A DNA stretch of 64,000 nt from NCBI RefSeq assembly GCF_006345805.1, contig NC_043015.1:8742001-8806000 (forward strand), written 5' to 3'. The position numbers were made by a program, and so were the translations under genes. The notes under the pieces were generated by a model. That model was not told where the DNA came from, did not search any database, and was given only the letters and a program-made list of their open reading frames with translations. Each line of letters opens with the position of its first letter. Within the stretch, counting starts at the first letter, position 1. Source of the stretch: Octopus sinensis (lineage: Eukaryota). Positions 24,879 to 37,575 of the stretch are shown here, in pieces.

Positions 24879-24920
24879 AATTCTTGAAAAGTCACATTAT
24901 GACGAAAACCGGCTTCAATT
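24879..24920 (+). ncRNA. Minimal type I hammerhead-like motif (variant core)
   Basis: AATT / CTTGAAAA / GTCA-CATTA-TGAC / GAA-AACCGGCTT-C / AATT. Confidence 0.5.
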
Positions 24921-25025
24921 AATATATATATATTTTATCAATTTTTCAAAAACTTTATCCATACACCCATTTTCATTAACATTTCTTTCAATTTAGCATT
25001 CTGCCTATTTACAATTTTTCCTTGC

Positions 25026-25066
25026 CTATATATATTATATATATATTATATAATATATATATATAT

Positions 25067-25112
<46 letters not shown>

Positions 25113-25226
25113 TATATATACATATATATATACATACATATATACGCACACATATATATGTGTATATATGTATATATACGCACACATATATGTGTATATA
25201 TATGTATATACGTATATATATATGTG

Positions 25227-25259
<33 letters not shown>

Positions 25260-25275
25260 TATATATGTATGTGTA

Positions 25276-25321
<46 letters not shown>

Positions 25322-25328
25322 ATATATA
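25026..25328 (+). repeat. (TA)n-rich compound microsatellite
   Basis: Direct reading. Confidence 0.95.
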
Positions 25329-25611
25329 GTGGAGGCGCAATGGCCCAGTGGTTAGGGCAGCGGACTTGCGGTCGCGGGTTCGCGGTTTCGATACCCAGAC
25401 CGGCCGTTTTGAGTGTTTATTGAGCGAAAACACCTAAAAGCTCCACGACGCTCCACCAGGGGAGGATCCCTGCTGTACTATTTCACCACTATTTCTCCCA
25501 CTCATCTGTTGGCTTAGCCAGTGGGGTGGCGTCATTCGAAGGCTAAAACAATGCGAACGCATCGTGACCAGCGATATGTAACAACATCTGATGGTCTGGT
25601 CGGTCACGTGT

Positions 25612-25620
<9 letters not shown>
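25329..25620 (+). mobile_element. tRNA-derived SINE-C (alternative 3' body)
   Basis: A box TGGCCCAGTGG, B box GGTTTCGATAC; shared body GAGTGTTTATTGAGCGAAAACACCTAA. Confidence 0.85.
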
Positions 25621-25649
<29 letters not shown>

Positions 25650-27795
25650 CATTAGAACATTTTAACTCCTATTACAAGAAATATAGGTGTTCTATTACCC
25701 TAGTCACATTTAGTAACACACACAAATATATGTATGTACATATATATCGAAGCATTACATAATTGATCTGACTATTAGATTTTGCTTCACACCGATTTTG
25801 ACAATGAGCTTCGCATTGATTTTAGCTTCCCAATGATGGTTCCACTGCCGACTAGGCGGACATGTCATATAATCATATTTACAGAGCTGATTCTATCGCC
25901 TGTTTCTTTGGCATGGTTATTTAGACTCTCCTATTTCACTATTAGCTTAAATTCTCTTTACAATATATTCTGTAAAGCGAGATTTTACTATTTATCACTT
26001 GTTGAATATACTAGCTTATTTAGCTGAACCGGTCAATACATTGTGTTGAAGAGGACATCTTTCAACTGGATTCTTGAAATGCTGCATTTTACTTAAATCA
26101 TTTCTAATGTAAATCCAGAATCCTATGATGATATTCCTTTAAGGAATGACATAGATAATACAACTAAATTCTCTTTAAAATCACATTTTATTCAGTCCAT
26201 GTTCCCCATAAGTTTGGATACTTATTTCATCGTTACAAGAACAACTATGTTATTATTTATAGCAGCCATTATATAATTTAAATCGAAGTAAATACGTTTA
26301 TTTCACGAAGTTTGTTCTGGCATCGTCATCTTAACGATCGGTACCTAATATCCTATATTCAAGATAGAATAATGGGTAACTATGCATTCCTAGCTACTCA
26401 GAATGTCAAAAGCGTTATGAAATATCGTCAGAACATCTAACACAGTAGTAAATCCCAAAGGATGGACTCGTACGTTTTCTTAACGGCACTTGACGCTTGA
26501 AATACAAATTTAACTTCGATAACGATGGTATCACGGAACACATGTAGTCGTAAATATATCATAAGGACTTAGCTGCTATTTTAACATATGAGTGAACATG
26601 TATACGCTCATCCCTTACTTCGTGTGACTTGTAGTAAAGGAGCGGGTTGATTAAGTTCAGTTTTTGCTGTGAAGGTATTAATCTATTATAGGTTCTGCCA
26701 GGTTATTAAGGAATGTTATTAAGATTCGATTGTTTTAAAACTGATTGATAATTACGACGTTTAATTTCCGAACGGCGTCAATGTTAGCTTTACGATTTAT
26801 TGATGAAATACTGATGGGGAGTTTGTTTCATGCCGTTGTGTTAAAGGCTTATTGACAATGTGTCATGTCAAACGTTTCAAACAATCACTTCATACTCGGA
26901 TAAACTTCACCGAATATTAAGTGCGCAAATACCTTGAGGAAAACTATGAACATCAAACATCGCATTTCTCATTCGATGAAATTAAATTTGCGGATCAGTC
27001 GTTGACCGATATTAATGATTTCAAAGAAGAGAAAATAAATTGTCTGATTACTACTATACATTGAAAGCATCAATAATATTTACATAGAACACGACTAATC
27101 AATAGATTCAGCTAATAACATTATAATGTGTGCCAAACAGTGCCTTGCAAATTTTCTTTGTAATATTCGCACTAATCAAGGTCAAGTGTGTGGAAGATAG
27201 AACAGCAGATTATATCGATGCCCCCTATATATATATTTATATTTCCTCTCCGTTGGATGTTCAACGCACACAAGGAAACATACACACACAGGCGTACACG
27301 CTGAAACACACAGATATACATTTACAAACATACTCATAGGTAATCACGCATTTAAAATAATGTATAGTAGACATATGTATGGATTTATGTACATATGTAT
27401 TACCTATGTTTATATATCTATGTATGTGTGTATGTGTGTGTATGCATGTATATATGTATTTATAAAAGTATATATGTCTGCTGAATTAAAGTTTTCATCC
27501 CACTGCCACTCCACTAATGCAACGCTGTCTTTCCTTCCCTGATATCAGCTACACTCACTGTGCCACTGCATTTCCCTCAAACTAACACTCTTTGCAAACT
27601 TCCCATTAAATGATATAGTAGTCCAAGCACACCAGGTGTCCCTTTATAGATTGTTATTGAAAACCAATTAGCCTATAATTGAACTAGATTCTTGTTTAAC
27701 TTTTATGCAAAGTTTCGTGAAGATTTGTTCATTGCTGCAGGTTTGAAGATGCTAACAATAAAACAGAAAGACAAAAATTGACAATTATGTATAGG

Positions 27796-27850
<55 letters not shown>

Positions 27851-27861
27851 CTATATATATA

Positions 27862-27899
<38 letters not shown>

Positions 27900-27940
27900 A
27901 GGCACGCGCACACACACGTGTACATACATACATACATAAA

Positions 27941-27989
<49 letters not shown>

Positions 27990-28111
27990 TATATATAATA
28001 TATATATATATAAGGCACGCGCAAGCACACGTGTACATACATACATAATATAATATATATATACAAGGCACGAGCAAGCACACGTGTACATACATACATA
28101 ATATAATATAA

Positions 28112-28143
<32 letters not shown>

Positions 28144-28521
28144 GTGTGTGTGCGCGCCTCCTTGTGTGTGTGAATAGATGAAGATATATATATATATATA
28201 TATATAATTATATAGAACATTAATATAATTAAGGGCACAGAAGCGACTATGCCTATATATTGGGAAAACACGCCAAATGCGGCCAAAAACTGCAAGATTC
28301 ACTTCAATATACACAGGCACAGGTTGAAAGCGGGAAAAGTGAATAACCCAAATGTCATAAAATATTTTGCATAATACTGAGCTGAGTATATATGAATTTT
28401 ACCTAAAATGTTTGTATACGATGGTTACTGATAAAATGCTTAAACTTTCAATGATGTTAACCTTTCATTATGTGTGTGTGTGTGTGTGTGTATTTATATG
28501 TTTGTATATAGCACATAAAAA

Positions 28522-28790
28522 GCTCTATTCGAGCATGGTCGATGCCAGACCCGCCGGATTGGCTTCCGTGCTGGCGGCATGTAAATGGCACCATTCGAGT
28601 GTGGTCGATGGCAGTACCGCCTGCCCTACCGGCCCCCATACACTCTGGGAGCGGTTGGCGTTAAGAAGGGTATCCAGATGAAGAAAACTTGCCAGATAAA
28701 ATTGGAGTCTGATACAGACTCCTGCCTTGCCAGTACGCAGTTCAACTTTCCAACCCATACCAGCGTGGAAAGCTAACTGATGATGGTGAT
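28522..28790 (+). mobile_element. SINE-D fragment with (GAT)n-type tail (possibly Ceph-domain/RTE-tail type)
   Basis: Tandem CGAG(C/T)(A/G)TGGTCGATG motifs, GGTTGGCGTTAAGAAGGGTATCCAG, and CCAACCCATACCAGCGTGGAA before GAT repeats. Domain assignment recalled, not aligned. Confidence 0.6.
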
Positions 28791-28792
28791 GA

Positions 28793-29030
28793 CGGCGAGC
28801 TGCCAGAAACGTTAGCACGACAGGCGAAATGCGAAATGCGTAGCCATATTTCGTCTGCCGTTACGTTCTGAGTTCAAATTCCGCCGAAGTCGACTTTGCC
28901 TTTCATCTTTCCGAGGTCGATTAAATAAGTACCAGTTACGCACTTGGGTCGATATAATCGACTTAATCCATTTGTCTGTCCTTGTTTGTCCTCTCTGTGT
29001 TTAGCCCCTTGTGGGTAGTAAAGAAATAGA
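28793..29030 (+). mobile_element. Monomeric SINE-A ending at the Tx1-like tail
   Basis: Head, one core, then ...TTTAGCCCCTTGTGGGTAGTAAAGAAATA. GATGATGGTGAT on both sides. Confidence 0.88.
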
Positions 29031-29957
29031 TGATGGTGATATATATATATATATATATATTTACATGCATATCTATATATGTGTGTAGATGGTTGTGTGT
29101 GCGTGCCTGTATGTACGCACGTATGTATGTATGTATATCAAGATTGAAATGATAAGAATATTATTGTCCCTAATTATCAGTGTTTTGCGCTAGGAATTCA
29201 CGGGAAGGCAATGTGACTTTATTGCGTTCAGGTATCAACAACGTGGAATGATGCCAGATTAAATATGTAATCGAATATCGTTCTTGGACAATCTTCTGGT
29301 TTTAGATGTCTCCCAGGCCACATTTGAAGTTCATATTTCGTACAGTATCAATATATAACAGATGTAAAGTGAATACTTAACAAACCAAATGTTAGATTCT
29401 CATTGTGTCGATATAACACTTCAAATAACTGAGAAGGGAATGTATCTTAAAATACATCCCTTCCATCCCTTCTCATTCATATCATCACATTCTGCTCTTT
29501 TCGATGTCTCATATATTCTACTGTTTTCAATGCTTCACGTTTACACCTCCATACTAATAAATATTTTGTTTGCAACGTTACGTTTGGTGAAAGTATAAGT
29601 AAAAATAAAGAAATATCATAGTATTTTGTGTCAATTACATAATGATGTCCTCTAATATCGATATGACGTCTATGAAGAACACAAAATTAATACTCAACAG
29701 GAAAATGTATTTTACAGCAGGCAATAGTTTTTGATGTAGGGGCAATATATATAATGACCTATAAACATCACTAGGGACTAATATCTGATGCCTAAAACAC
29801 CTGAAAGGGTTATAATCGAATAAATCAATTCAGGACCTATTTTCTAATGCCTAATACTTATTGTATAAACACTTCAACTGTGGTTGCCAAGCGGGGGTGG
29901 GCGACATGCACGGATGCAAAGACACACATATAGATATATACATACATATATATGAAT

Positions 29958-30090
29958 CTTACTCAGAAGCCTTTGGCCGGCCTGCGGTTGTAGTAAAAAG
30001 AGATTTGCCCAAGATGTCATACAATGGGACTGAACCTAGAACAATATGTTTGGAAGGTAGCTTCTTACCAAAGAACCACACCTGCTCCTA
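29958..30090 (-). mobile_element. SINE-B 5' fragment
   Basis: Reverse complement of AGGAGCAGGTGTGGTTCTTTGGTAAG...CATCTTGGGCAAAT. Confidence 0.7.
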
Positions 30091-30149
30091 TATATATATG
30101 TATATATATATATGCATATATATATATATATATATTATATATAATATAT

Positions 30150-30216
<67 letters not shown>

Positions 30217-30862
30217 TATATATAATATGTGTGTGTGTGCTTCTGTGTGTGTTATACATGTACATATACTTATATATGCGTATGTATGGATGACATCAGT
30301 TTTCTAAGGAATTCATTGTAACGCAGGTGTCGCTATGACATCATTTGACCTGGTCAGAAGAGAAAACTAATACCGCGCATTATTCACACTGTGTCACTCA
30401 TACAGACAATGGCCTATCAGTTATGGTTCAATTTTGAAATGCAAACAAATTATCTGAATTTATAACCTCTGCACTCAAGGAAAATGTGTTTTAAAAGCCC
30501 AAAAGCATTTATTTCAACGAAGGTGATATTAACATGTATGCCCATTGAACGATATTATAATTTTACAAAACGGTTAGGAGACATCATGAATGTGAAGAAC
30601 TCTGTCAGCAATATGAGGAAGACTTTTAATCAATGTTGATATACATTGAGTTTTAACACTACCTATTATGTTTATTGCACAATTCAGCTAATGTATTAAC
30701 ACCTACTTTATTTCTCTTTTAGATATAAGCTATGTGAATGTCACTGTTATATATATATCGAACGAAGCACCTAGAGCAAGAATCCAACACATTAGATGCT
30801 AATTTTCTTACACGTTGTTTAAATTATACAGCACTTTTCTATATATAAGCTTAACTACACTA

Positions 30863-30900
<38 letters not shown>

Positions 30901-31163
30901 TCACACACTCATACACACACACACAAACACACAGTGTTGCTGCAAAATTTCTGACTTTCAAGGTAGCGAAAAAAAAATGGTTGGATGTTCAAATTTCTGA
31001 ATGAGTTCGTTCGCAGAGCTTGGAAAAACCGAAGGATCGCTGCAAAAAGTGGTTGAATCTGAGTGAGGAATAGCTTAAATAAAATCATAATTAAGTAATC
31101 CTCTTATATTTTCTTTTTACTAAAGACAGGAACAGTTCAGCACACCTTCGAATGCACGCACGC

Positions 31164-31194
<31 letters not shown>

Positions 31195-31399
31195 ACACAC
31201 ACACACAAGCGCCAAAATGTTCTCCCCATCAACCTCGGTTGATGGGGAAAGCATATTGTGAATATATGCAGACTGCACAGCTGTAGCAATTAACATATAT
31301 ACATACATACACATATGCATGCATACACACATAAACATTTATATATATACATACATACATACATACATATATTCTGTTATAAAATAATGAATATAAAGG

Positions 31400-32040
31400 G
31401 ATGCTTGCTAAATCATCGCAAATGAGCTGATAACAACATTGCAATCATTTCTAAAATGTCAACAGAATTGCTCAGAGAACTATTAGAAGAAAGCAAGAAA
31501 TGTGGACTCACAGTTGACAGTAATAAAACGAAGATAATCTCCAACAATTTAAGCAGAACTAGAAATGCACTAATAGATGATGAAATAGTTGAACGTGTTA
31601 AATAAATTACTATCGAGGACTACTAACATGCTTACAAGATCAAAAGAAAACCTGACCACAGAATTCTAAGTCAGATAACATGGTGGTAAGTTATGTTGGT
31701 AAGTAGATTCACATCATGAGTAGTAACTGTTTCATAGGTTTAAAGGTTAAGGTCTGCAGTTTCTATGCAACGGAAATATGGACTACCACCATTGAAAGGA
31801 AATTATGATTAACAGAAAGAGCCATGTACTGGAGTATGTAGGAGATTAACAAAATGAATAAGCGGAGAAAGAATAGGATATGAGTAGCAACAGGTTTTAG
31901 GGATATTGTCTTAAAAAAAAAATCCTGAATTGTTTTTTTCTGAGATAAGCGTTTAAGAGAGATGTTAACAGGTGGAATAATACATTCTAAGAGTGGACAG
32001 CGGGGACAGAATAATGAAGTGGGAGTGTGGGAGAACATTC
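31400..32040 (+). mobile_element. Decayed RTE-clade LINE RT/C-terminal fragment
   Basis: ADNNIAII..ELLEESKKCGLTVDSNKTKII..IDDEIVERV, then YATEIWT..TERAM, matching RTE FADD..GL.IN..KTK and YG.ETW..QRAM motifs. Many stops. Confidence 0.7.
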
Positions 32041-32235
32041 AGAATTTTTAATACAGATTTCTGAAATTCTTTGACATCTAGATGTTGATGAGGTGACCAT
32101 CAAACCGTGGTTGATGGGGAGAACATATTGTGAACATATGCAGACAGAACAGCTGTGAACATTAACATATGCAAGGATGATGTATGCATGTATGTATGTG
32201 TAGAGAAAAAGATATATATATATATATATATATAT

Positions 32236-32650
32236 AGGCGCAGGAGTGGCTGTTTGGTAAGTAGCTTGCTAACCAACCACATGGTTCCGGGTTCAGTCCC
32301 ACTGCGTGGCATCTTGGGCAAGTGTCTTCTGCTATAGCCCCGGGCCGACCAATGCCTTGTGAGTGGATTTGGTAGACGGAAACTGAAAGAAGCCTGTCGT
32401 ATATATGTATATATATATAAGTGTGTGTGAATATGTTTGTGTGTCTGTGTTTGTTCCCCTAGCATTGCTTGACAACCGATGCTGGTGTGTTTACGTCCCT
32501 GTCACTTAGCGGTTCGGCAAAAGAGATCGATAGAATAAGTACTGGGCTTACAAAGAATAAATCCCGGGGTCGATTTGCTCGACTAAAGGTGGTGCTCCAG
32601 CATGGCCGCAGTCAAATGACTGAAACAAGTAAAAAGAGTAAAAAGAGAGT
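32236..32650 (+). mobile_element. Full-length CORE-type tRNA SINE (SINE-B, similar to octopus OR SINEs)
   Basis: tRNA-like head, CORE-like CATCTTGGGCAAGTGTCTT, internal TA/TG tract, tail GCTCCAGCATGGCCGCAGTCAAATGACTGAAACAAGTAAAAAGAG. Confidence 0.88.
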
Positions 32651-33239
32651 ATATATGTGTGTGTGTATCTGTTTGTGCATACACACATACATATACACAT
32701 ACATACACGCATGCATGCACACACAGACATATATGTACGTACTTATGCATATTTATGTGTACAAATATAAACTGCGCTGCTACACGTATTCGAGTGTTTG
32801 TGTGTCAGTGTGAGTGTATATATGCTAATGTCCAACGAACCAGGCCATCATCATTACGACCCTTTTCCGGATATCACACTATCAGAAATATAGAACAGGC
32901 AATTTAATTAATTAATACTCACAACTACCTTCTTGTGACCTTTGCAATAGTCCAAAGAAATAATTATTATTAAATAATGTTGTCGCGATTTAAATTACTA
33001 TTTCACGAAAGACAATGTGATGACACAGGAATTAGAATTTCCAATTACTCTCATAAATGCAGCTGTCGACACATGTTAATGGCAGAAAATTATATTTCTT
33101 CTCGAATATTCCTGCTGCGGCGGAAGTGGTGATCAAGATTAATACGAACTTCATCATGATAATCTCCAGGAGAAGGATATATGAAATAATAATGATGGTA
33201 GTGTTCTAAGGTGAATAATACTAATGAGAACAAGGATCA

Positions 33240-33274
33240 AAATTATTATTATTGTTATTAATATTATTATTCTC

Positions 33275-33325
<51 letters not shown>

Positions 33326-33368
33326 TAATAATATTATAATAATAATAATAAGAATAATAATAATAATA

Positions 33369-33405
<37 letters not shown>

Positions 33406-33759
33406 TAATAATAATAATATATATATAATAATAATATAATAATAATAATATAATATAATAATAATAATAATAATATTATAATAATAATAAATAATAATAA
33501 TAATAATATAATAATAATAATAATAATAATTATTATTATTATTATTATTATTATGATTCTTCTTGTTCTTGTTCTTCTTTTTCTTCTTCTTTTTTCTTCT
33601 TCTTATTATTATTATCACTATTATTATCACTATTATTATTATTATGATTATTATTATTATTATTATTATCATCATCATTATCATTATTATTTTCATCATC
33701 ATCACCATCATCATCACCAACATCATCATCATCACCATCATCCTCATCATCATCATCAA

Positions 33760-33812
<53 letters not shown>

Positions 33813-34570
33813 CATCCTCCCCCTCCTCCTCATCATCATCATTATCATCATTAATATTACTATGGTGTAGCAGATAGTAATAAAAATGAAGATGCTACGA
33901 ATGTCGACGATGCTGATCGCTATAATTTTTATTATCATAAATATTTTCTTTTTATTACTGATGTTATTGTTTTATGTCATCAACGTTGTTTTTGTTAATG
34001 GAAGTTATAAGTATTAATAGTACTATTATTAGTTGTAGCAGTAGAAACAGTTGCAACATCAATAACAGCAGCTTTAGAAGAGTTAGTAGTAATCCAGAGG
34101 AATATGTTGAAGGAAAGATGATGACGATGTCGATGATGATGATGTTGATGATGACGACGGCGATAATGGTGATGATTATGATGATGGTGGTGATGATGAT
34201 AATGATGATGAGCAGGAGGATAATGATAATGATGATGGTGATGATGATGGTGATAATGATGTTGATGAGGAGGCGGATGATGAAGATGGTGGTGATGATG
34301 ACGATGATGATGATGATAATGATGATGATGATGATGACGATGATGGTGGTGATGATGATAATGATGATGATGATGAGGATAATAATAATGATGATGGTGA
34401 TGATGGTGATGATGAGTGTGATAATGATGATGAGGAGGTGGCGGAGGATGAAGATGGTGGTGGTGGTGATGATGATTTTGATGATAATGATGATGATGAT
34501 GATGATGATGATGAGGAGGAGGAGGAGGAGGAGGAGGAGGAGGAGGTTGAGGAGGAGGTGGTGGTGGACG
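33240..34570. repeat. Compound trinucleotide array (AAT)n-(ATT)n-(CAT)n ... (GAT)n-(GAG)n
   Basis: Direct reading; source of the poly-M/I/H/D ORFs. Confidence 0.97.
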
Positions 34571-34929
34571 GAGGTGGTTAGGTCGCTGGCGATGTCATTT
34601 CGTTGTTAGAGATTTATAGTGATGAAAGAAATTTTTAACGAGAAAAATTAATATATATATTATGAAAATGGTTGCAATGCAACAGATGTTTCTAAATTGG
34701 TAGAATGGAGAATGAATTCAATTTTGATAATCGGAATGTTTCTCATGGCTTCTATGAACTTTGTCATCTCTTCTTCATCCTTTTCGCGTCGTCGCCCTTC
34801 TCTCCCTCCGCCTCTCCCTCCCCTTCTTCCTCCACCTCCTTATCCTTCACTTCCTCCTCAACATCATCATTACCACTTTCATAACAACAAGCATCACCTT
34901 CATCATCATCATGAGCAACAAAAGCAGCA

Positions 34930-35108
34930 GTGGAAGTGCAATGACCCAGTGATTAGGTCAGCGGACACGCGGCCGTAAGAACGCGGTTTCAATTCCCGGT
35001 CCGGGCATCTTGAGTGTTTATTGAGCAAAAACACCTAATCTCCTAGAGGCTCCGGCGGGGTGCGGTGGGAACCCCGCTGTATTCTTTCACCACAACTTTC
35101 TCTCACTC
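34930..35108 (+). mobile_element. SINE-C head and body
   Basis: GTGGAAGTGCAATGACCCAGTG..GGTTTCAATTC..GAGTGTTTATTGAGCAAAAACACCTAA. Confidence 0.78.
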
Positions 35109-35383
35109 TTTCTTCCTATTCCTGCCACAAACAAGAGGAATAAAGGTTCTGGTAAACGTTCAGAACCTTCTAGATTGCGAATCATCTGTATGGTTCAGCT
35201 CCCCACCCTTTAAAACCCACCGTTTACGGTATGAGAATAAGAACGTAGCTTTCGCACCCGTGCAATCGCCAGTCTATTGCGTGTGGTGAGTGGATCTTCA
35301 AGTTTCCACACGCATTCTTATTAGCTTAGAGTAGGCTTGAACTAAAGATTATTCTTTGGGGCTTATGGCGTGAGTCCTGATTG

Positions 35384-35810
35384 GAAGAAGAAGAAGAAGA
35401 AGAAGAAGAAGAAGAAGGGGAAGAAGAAGAAGAAGAAGCAGAAGAAGAAGAAGAAGAAGAAGAAAGAGAAGAAGAAAAAGTAGAAAGAAGACGAAGAAGA
35501 AAGAAGTAGAAGAAGAAGAAAGGGAAAGGTCGTGTAGTAGAAGAAGAAGAAGAAGAAGAAGAGAAGAAGGTGAAGAAGAAGGTGAATAAGAAGAAGAAGG
35601 GGAAGGAGAAGAAGAAGAAGAAGAAGAAGAAGAAGAAGAAGAAGAAGACGAAGAAGGGGAAGAAGAAGAAGAAGAAGGAAAAGAAGGGGAAGAAGAAGAA
35701 GGAGAAGAAGGGGAAGAAAAAAGGAGAAGAACAAGAAGAAGAAGAAGAAGAGGGGGAAAAACGGGAAGAAGAAGAAGAAGAGGGGGAAGAACGGGAAGAA
35801 GAAGAAGACG

Positions 35811-35875
<65 letters not shown>

Positions 35876-35900
35876 TAATAATAATAATAATAATAATAAT
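35384..35900 (+). repeat. (GAA)n purine array followed by (AAT)n
   Basis: Direct reading. Confidence 0.97.
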
Positions 35901-36681
35901 ATAAAAAAAGAAGAAGAAGATTTCAACAGCAGCAGTCTTGCTAGCATCAGTAGCAGTGGCGGCGGCAGTAGCCGCAGCGGCAAAGGAAGTAACTTAAACT
36001 ATGAAGCATATTAAAATAGCCATCGTTATCTTCCTCGACGATAACATCGTCACCTCGCTCATGCTCATCATAATGGTCAGCTTCCCAAAGCTACTGCAAT
36101 AAATACTGAGGTCTTGCAGTGGTGACTAAAAATTTAAGCAATGATACAAATGAAAGATGTGTTCTAATGATGACAGATTTGATGAGGAAACCTTCAATGA
36201 CAGTGCTAACGCTGTAATAATATATTTTTTTTACTGTATGAGGATATTTGTATTGAAGATCCATAATCTAATAAATTCATTAAAGATTAAAGTATACAAA
36301 ACACACCAACGTGTTCGGGGAAAGATATTCAGGTATTTATTACGTCAGTAAAATGGAAGCGAAAGCTTTATTAATTCAAGGACAGGAATTAGAGATTATC
36401 AGAATAATTACAAAAAAATCAACTGTTTTATTATACCATTTCATTAAGCTGGAATATATTTGTATATTGCTCTATCCAGAATTCTTACTGTTCTTTGTTC
36501 TAAATGAATTCAATTAGAGGAAATATTTTCAGAAATTTATTACTTAGGGGAGGGATTATTTACAAATGTATCTGATCGTATTTATGAATCAGAGCTTCCA
36601 TACACTATTGTATAATTGGGTTATTTGTAGTTGATTCAGGATTTACTTTCTCGCTCTGTGGAAAAAAACATATAAGCCTAA

Positions 36682-36739
<58 letters not shown>

Positions 36740-36970
36740 TATAATTATTCAATATAGGGTGGCAAAAAATTTCGTAGAATTTTTTTTGCCACCAGCGGCC
36801 TAGTGGGAAAAAATTAAGTAGTCATAGACCATTTATAAGTTCAACATCACAATCAAGGAACGGCCATAATAGGCCATTTACCCACTAGAAATAACAGCCA
36901 AAGCTTCAACCGCAAAACAACATTAATTCCGCAAACCAGGAGAAAGTTAAAAAAACATTTACCCTGTAGT

Positions 36971-37073
36971 TTCTTATACGATGCACCGTTTCATCTATTG
37001 TTTAATGGTAAACTAACCTGATTAAATTAAATCAAGCTAATCTTCCATAGGCCGATAGATTCGTCAGTAAGAA
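36971..37073 (-). ncRNA. Type I hammerhead ribozyme (minus-strand copy)
   Basis: Reverse complement of 37271-37373; neither arm mismatch falls in this interval. Confidence 0.8.
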
Positions 37074-37270
37074 CAGCCAGATCTACGAAATTTTTTGCCA
37101 CCCTATATTGATTAATTATGAATTTTCTGGTTAGTTCCGTAATGGAATCGGCGGCTTATATTTGCTGCCGATAAATTTGGCGCGAGTGCGATGATTTGAA
37201 AATTTTAGGTCAGATATTGCCGAGGCAGGGATAGAAGTGCCTCGTGCAAATATCTGCTCCGATCTGGCTG

Positions 37271-37373
37271 TTCTTACTGACGAATCTATCGGCCTATGGA
37301 AGATTAGCTTGATTTAATTTAATCAGGTTAGTTTACCATTAAACAATAGATGAAACGGTGCATCGTATAAGAA
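37271..37373 (+). ncRNA. Type I hammerhead ribozyme
   Basis: Stem I TTCTTA/TAAGAA, core CTGACGA, stem II ATCTAT/ATAGAT, GAA, stem III ACGG-TGCA-TCGT. Predicted GUA cleavage after 37367. Confidence 0.82.
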
Positions 37374-37502
37374 ACTACAGGGTAAATGTTTTTTTAATTT
37401 TCTCCTGGTTTGCGGAATTAATGTTGTTTTGCGGTTGAAGCTTTGGCTGTTATTTCTAGTGGGTGAATGGCCTATTATGGCCGTTCCTTGATTGTGATGT
37501 TG

Positions 37503-37571
<69 letters not shown>

Positions 37572-37575
<4 letters not shown>

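Larger units (their letters stand above)
23499..25025 (+). mobile_element. 5'-truncated, rearranged Penelope-like element (second family): linker, GIY-YIG and 3' UTR
   Basis: QTLLQRQYPSTLI / YISTHNPKNIEAY / KCARPNCGTCP / NPIYVLTCAACQHNYVGQT...HKEQI. In-frame stop at ~23768. Hammerhead-like motif at 24879-24920. Confidence 0.88.
36741..37503. mobile_element. ORF-less fold-back element with 243-bp inverted arms (36841-37083 and 37261-37503), PLE terminal-repeat-like
   Basis: Arms differ at 2 of 243 positions. A second inverted pair, 36741-36778 and 37082-37119, matches at 37/38. (TA)n on both flanks. Confidence 0.85.

Noticed and set aside
30722-30800. Strong acceptor followed by ISYVNVTVIYISNEAP (cadherin-like)
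   Set aside because: Lacks the DxNDNxP motif, includes a TA repeat and ends in a stop
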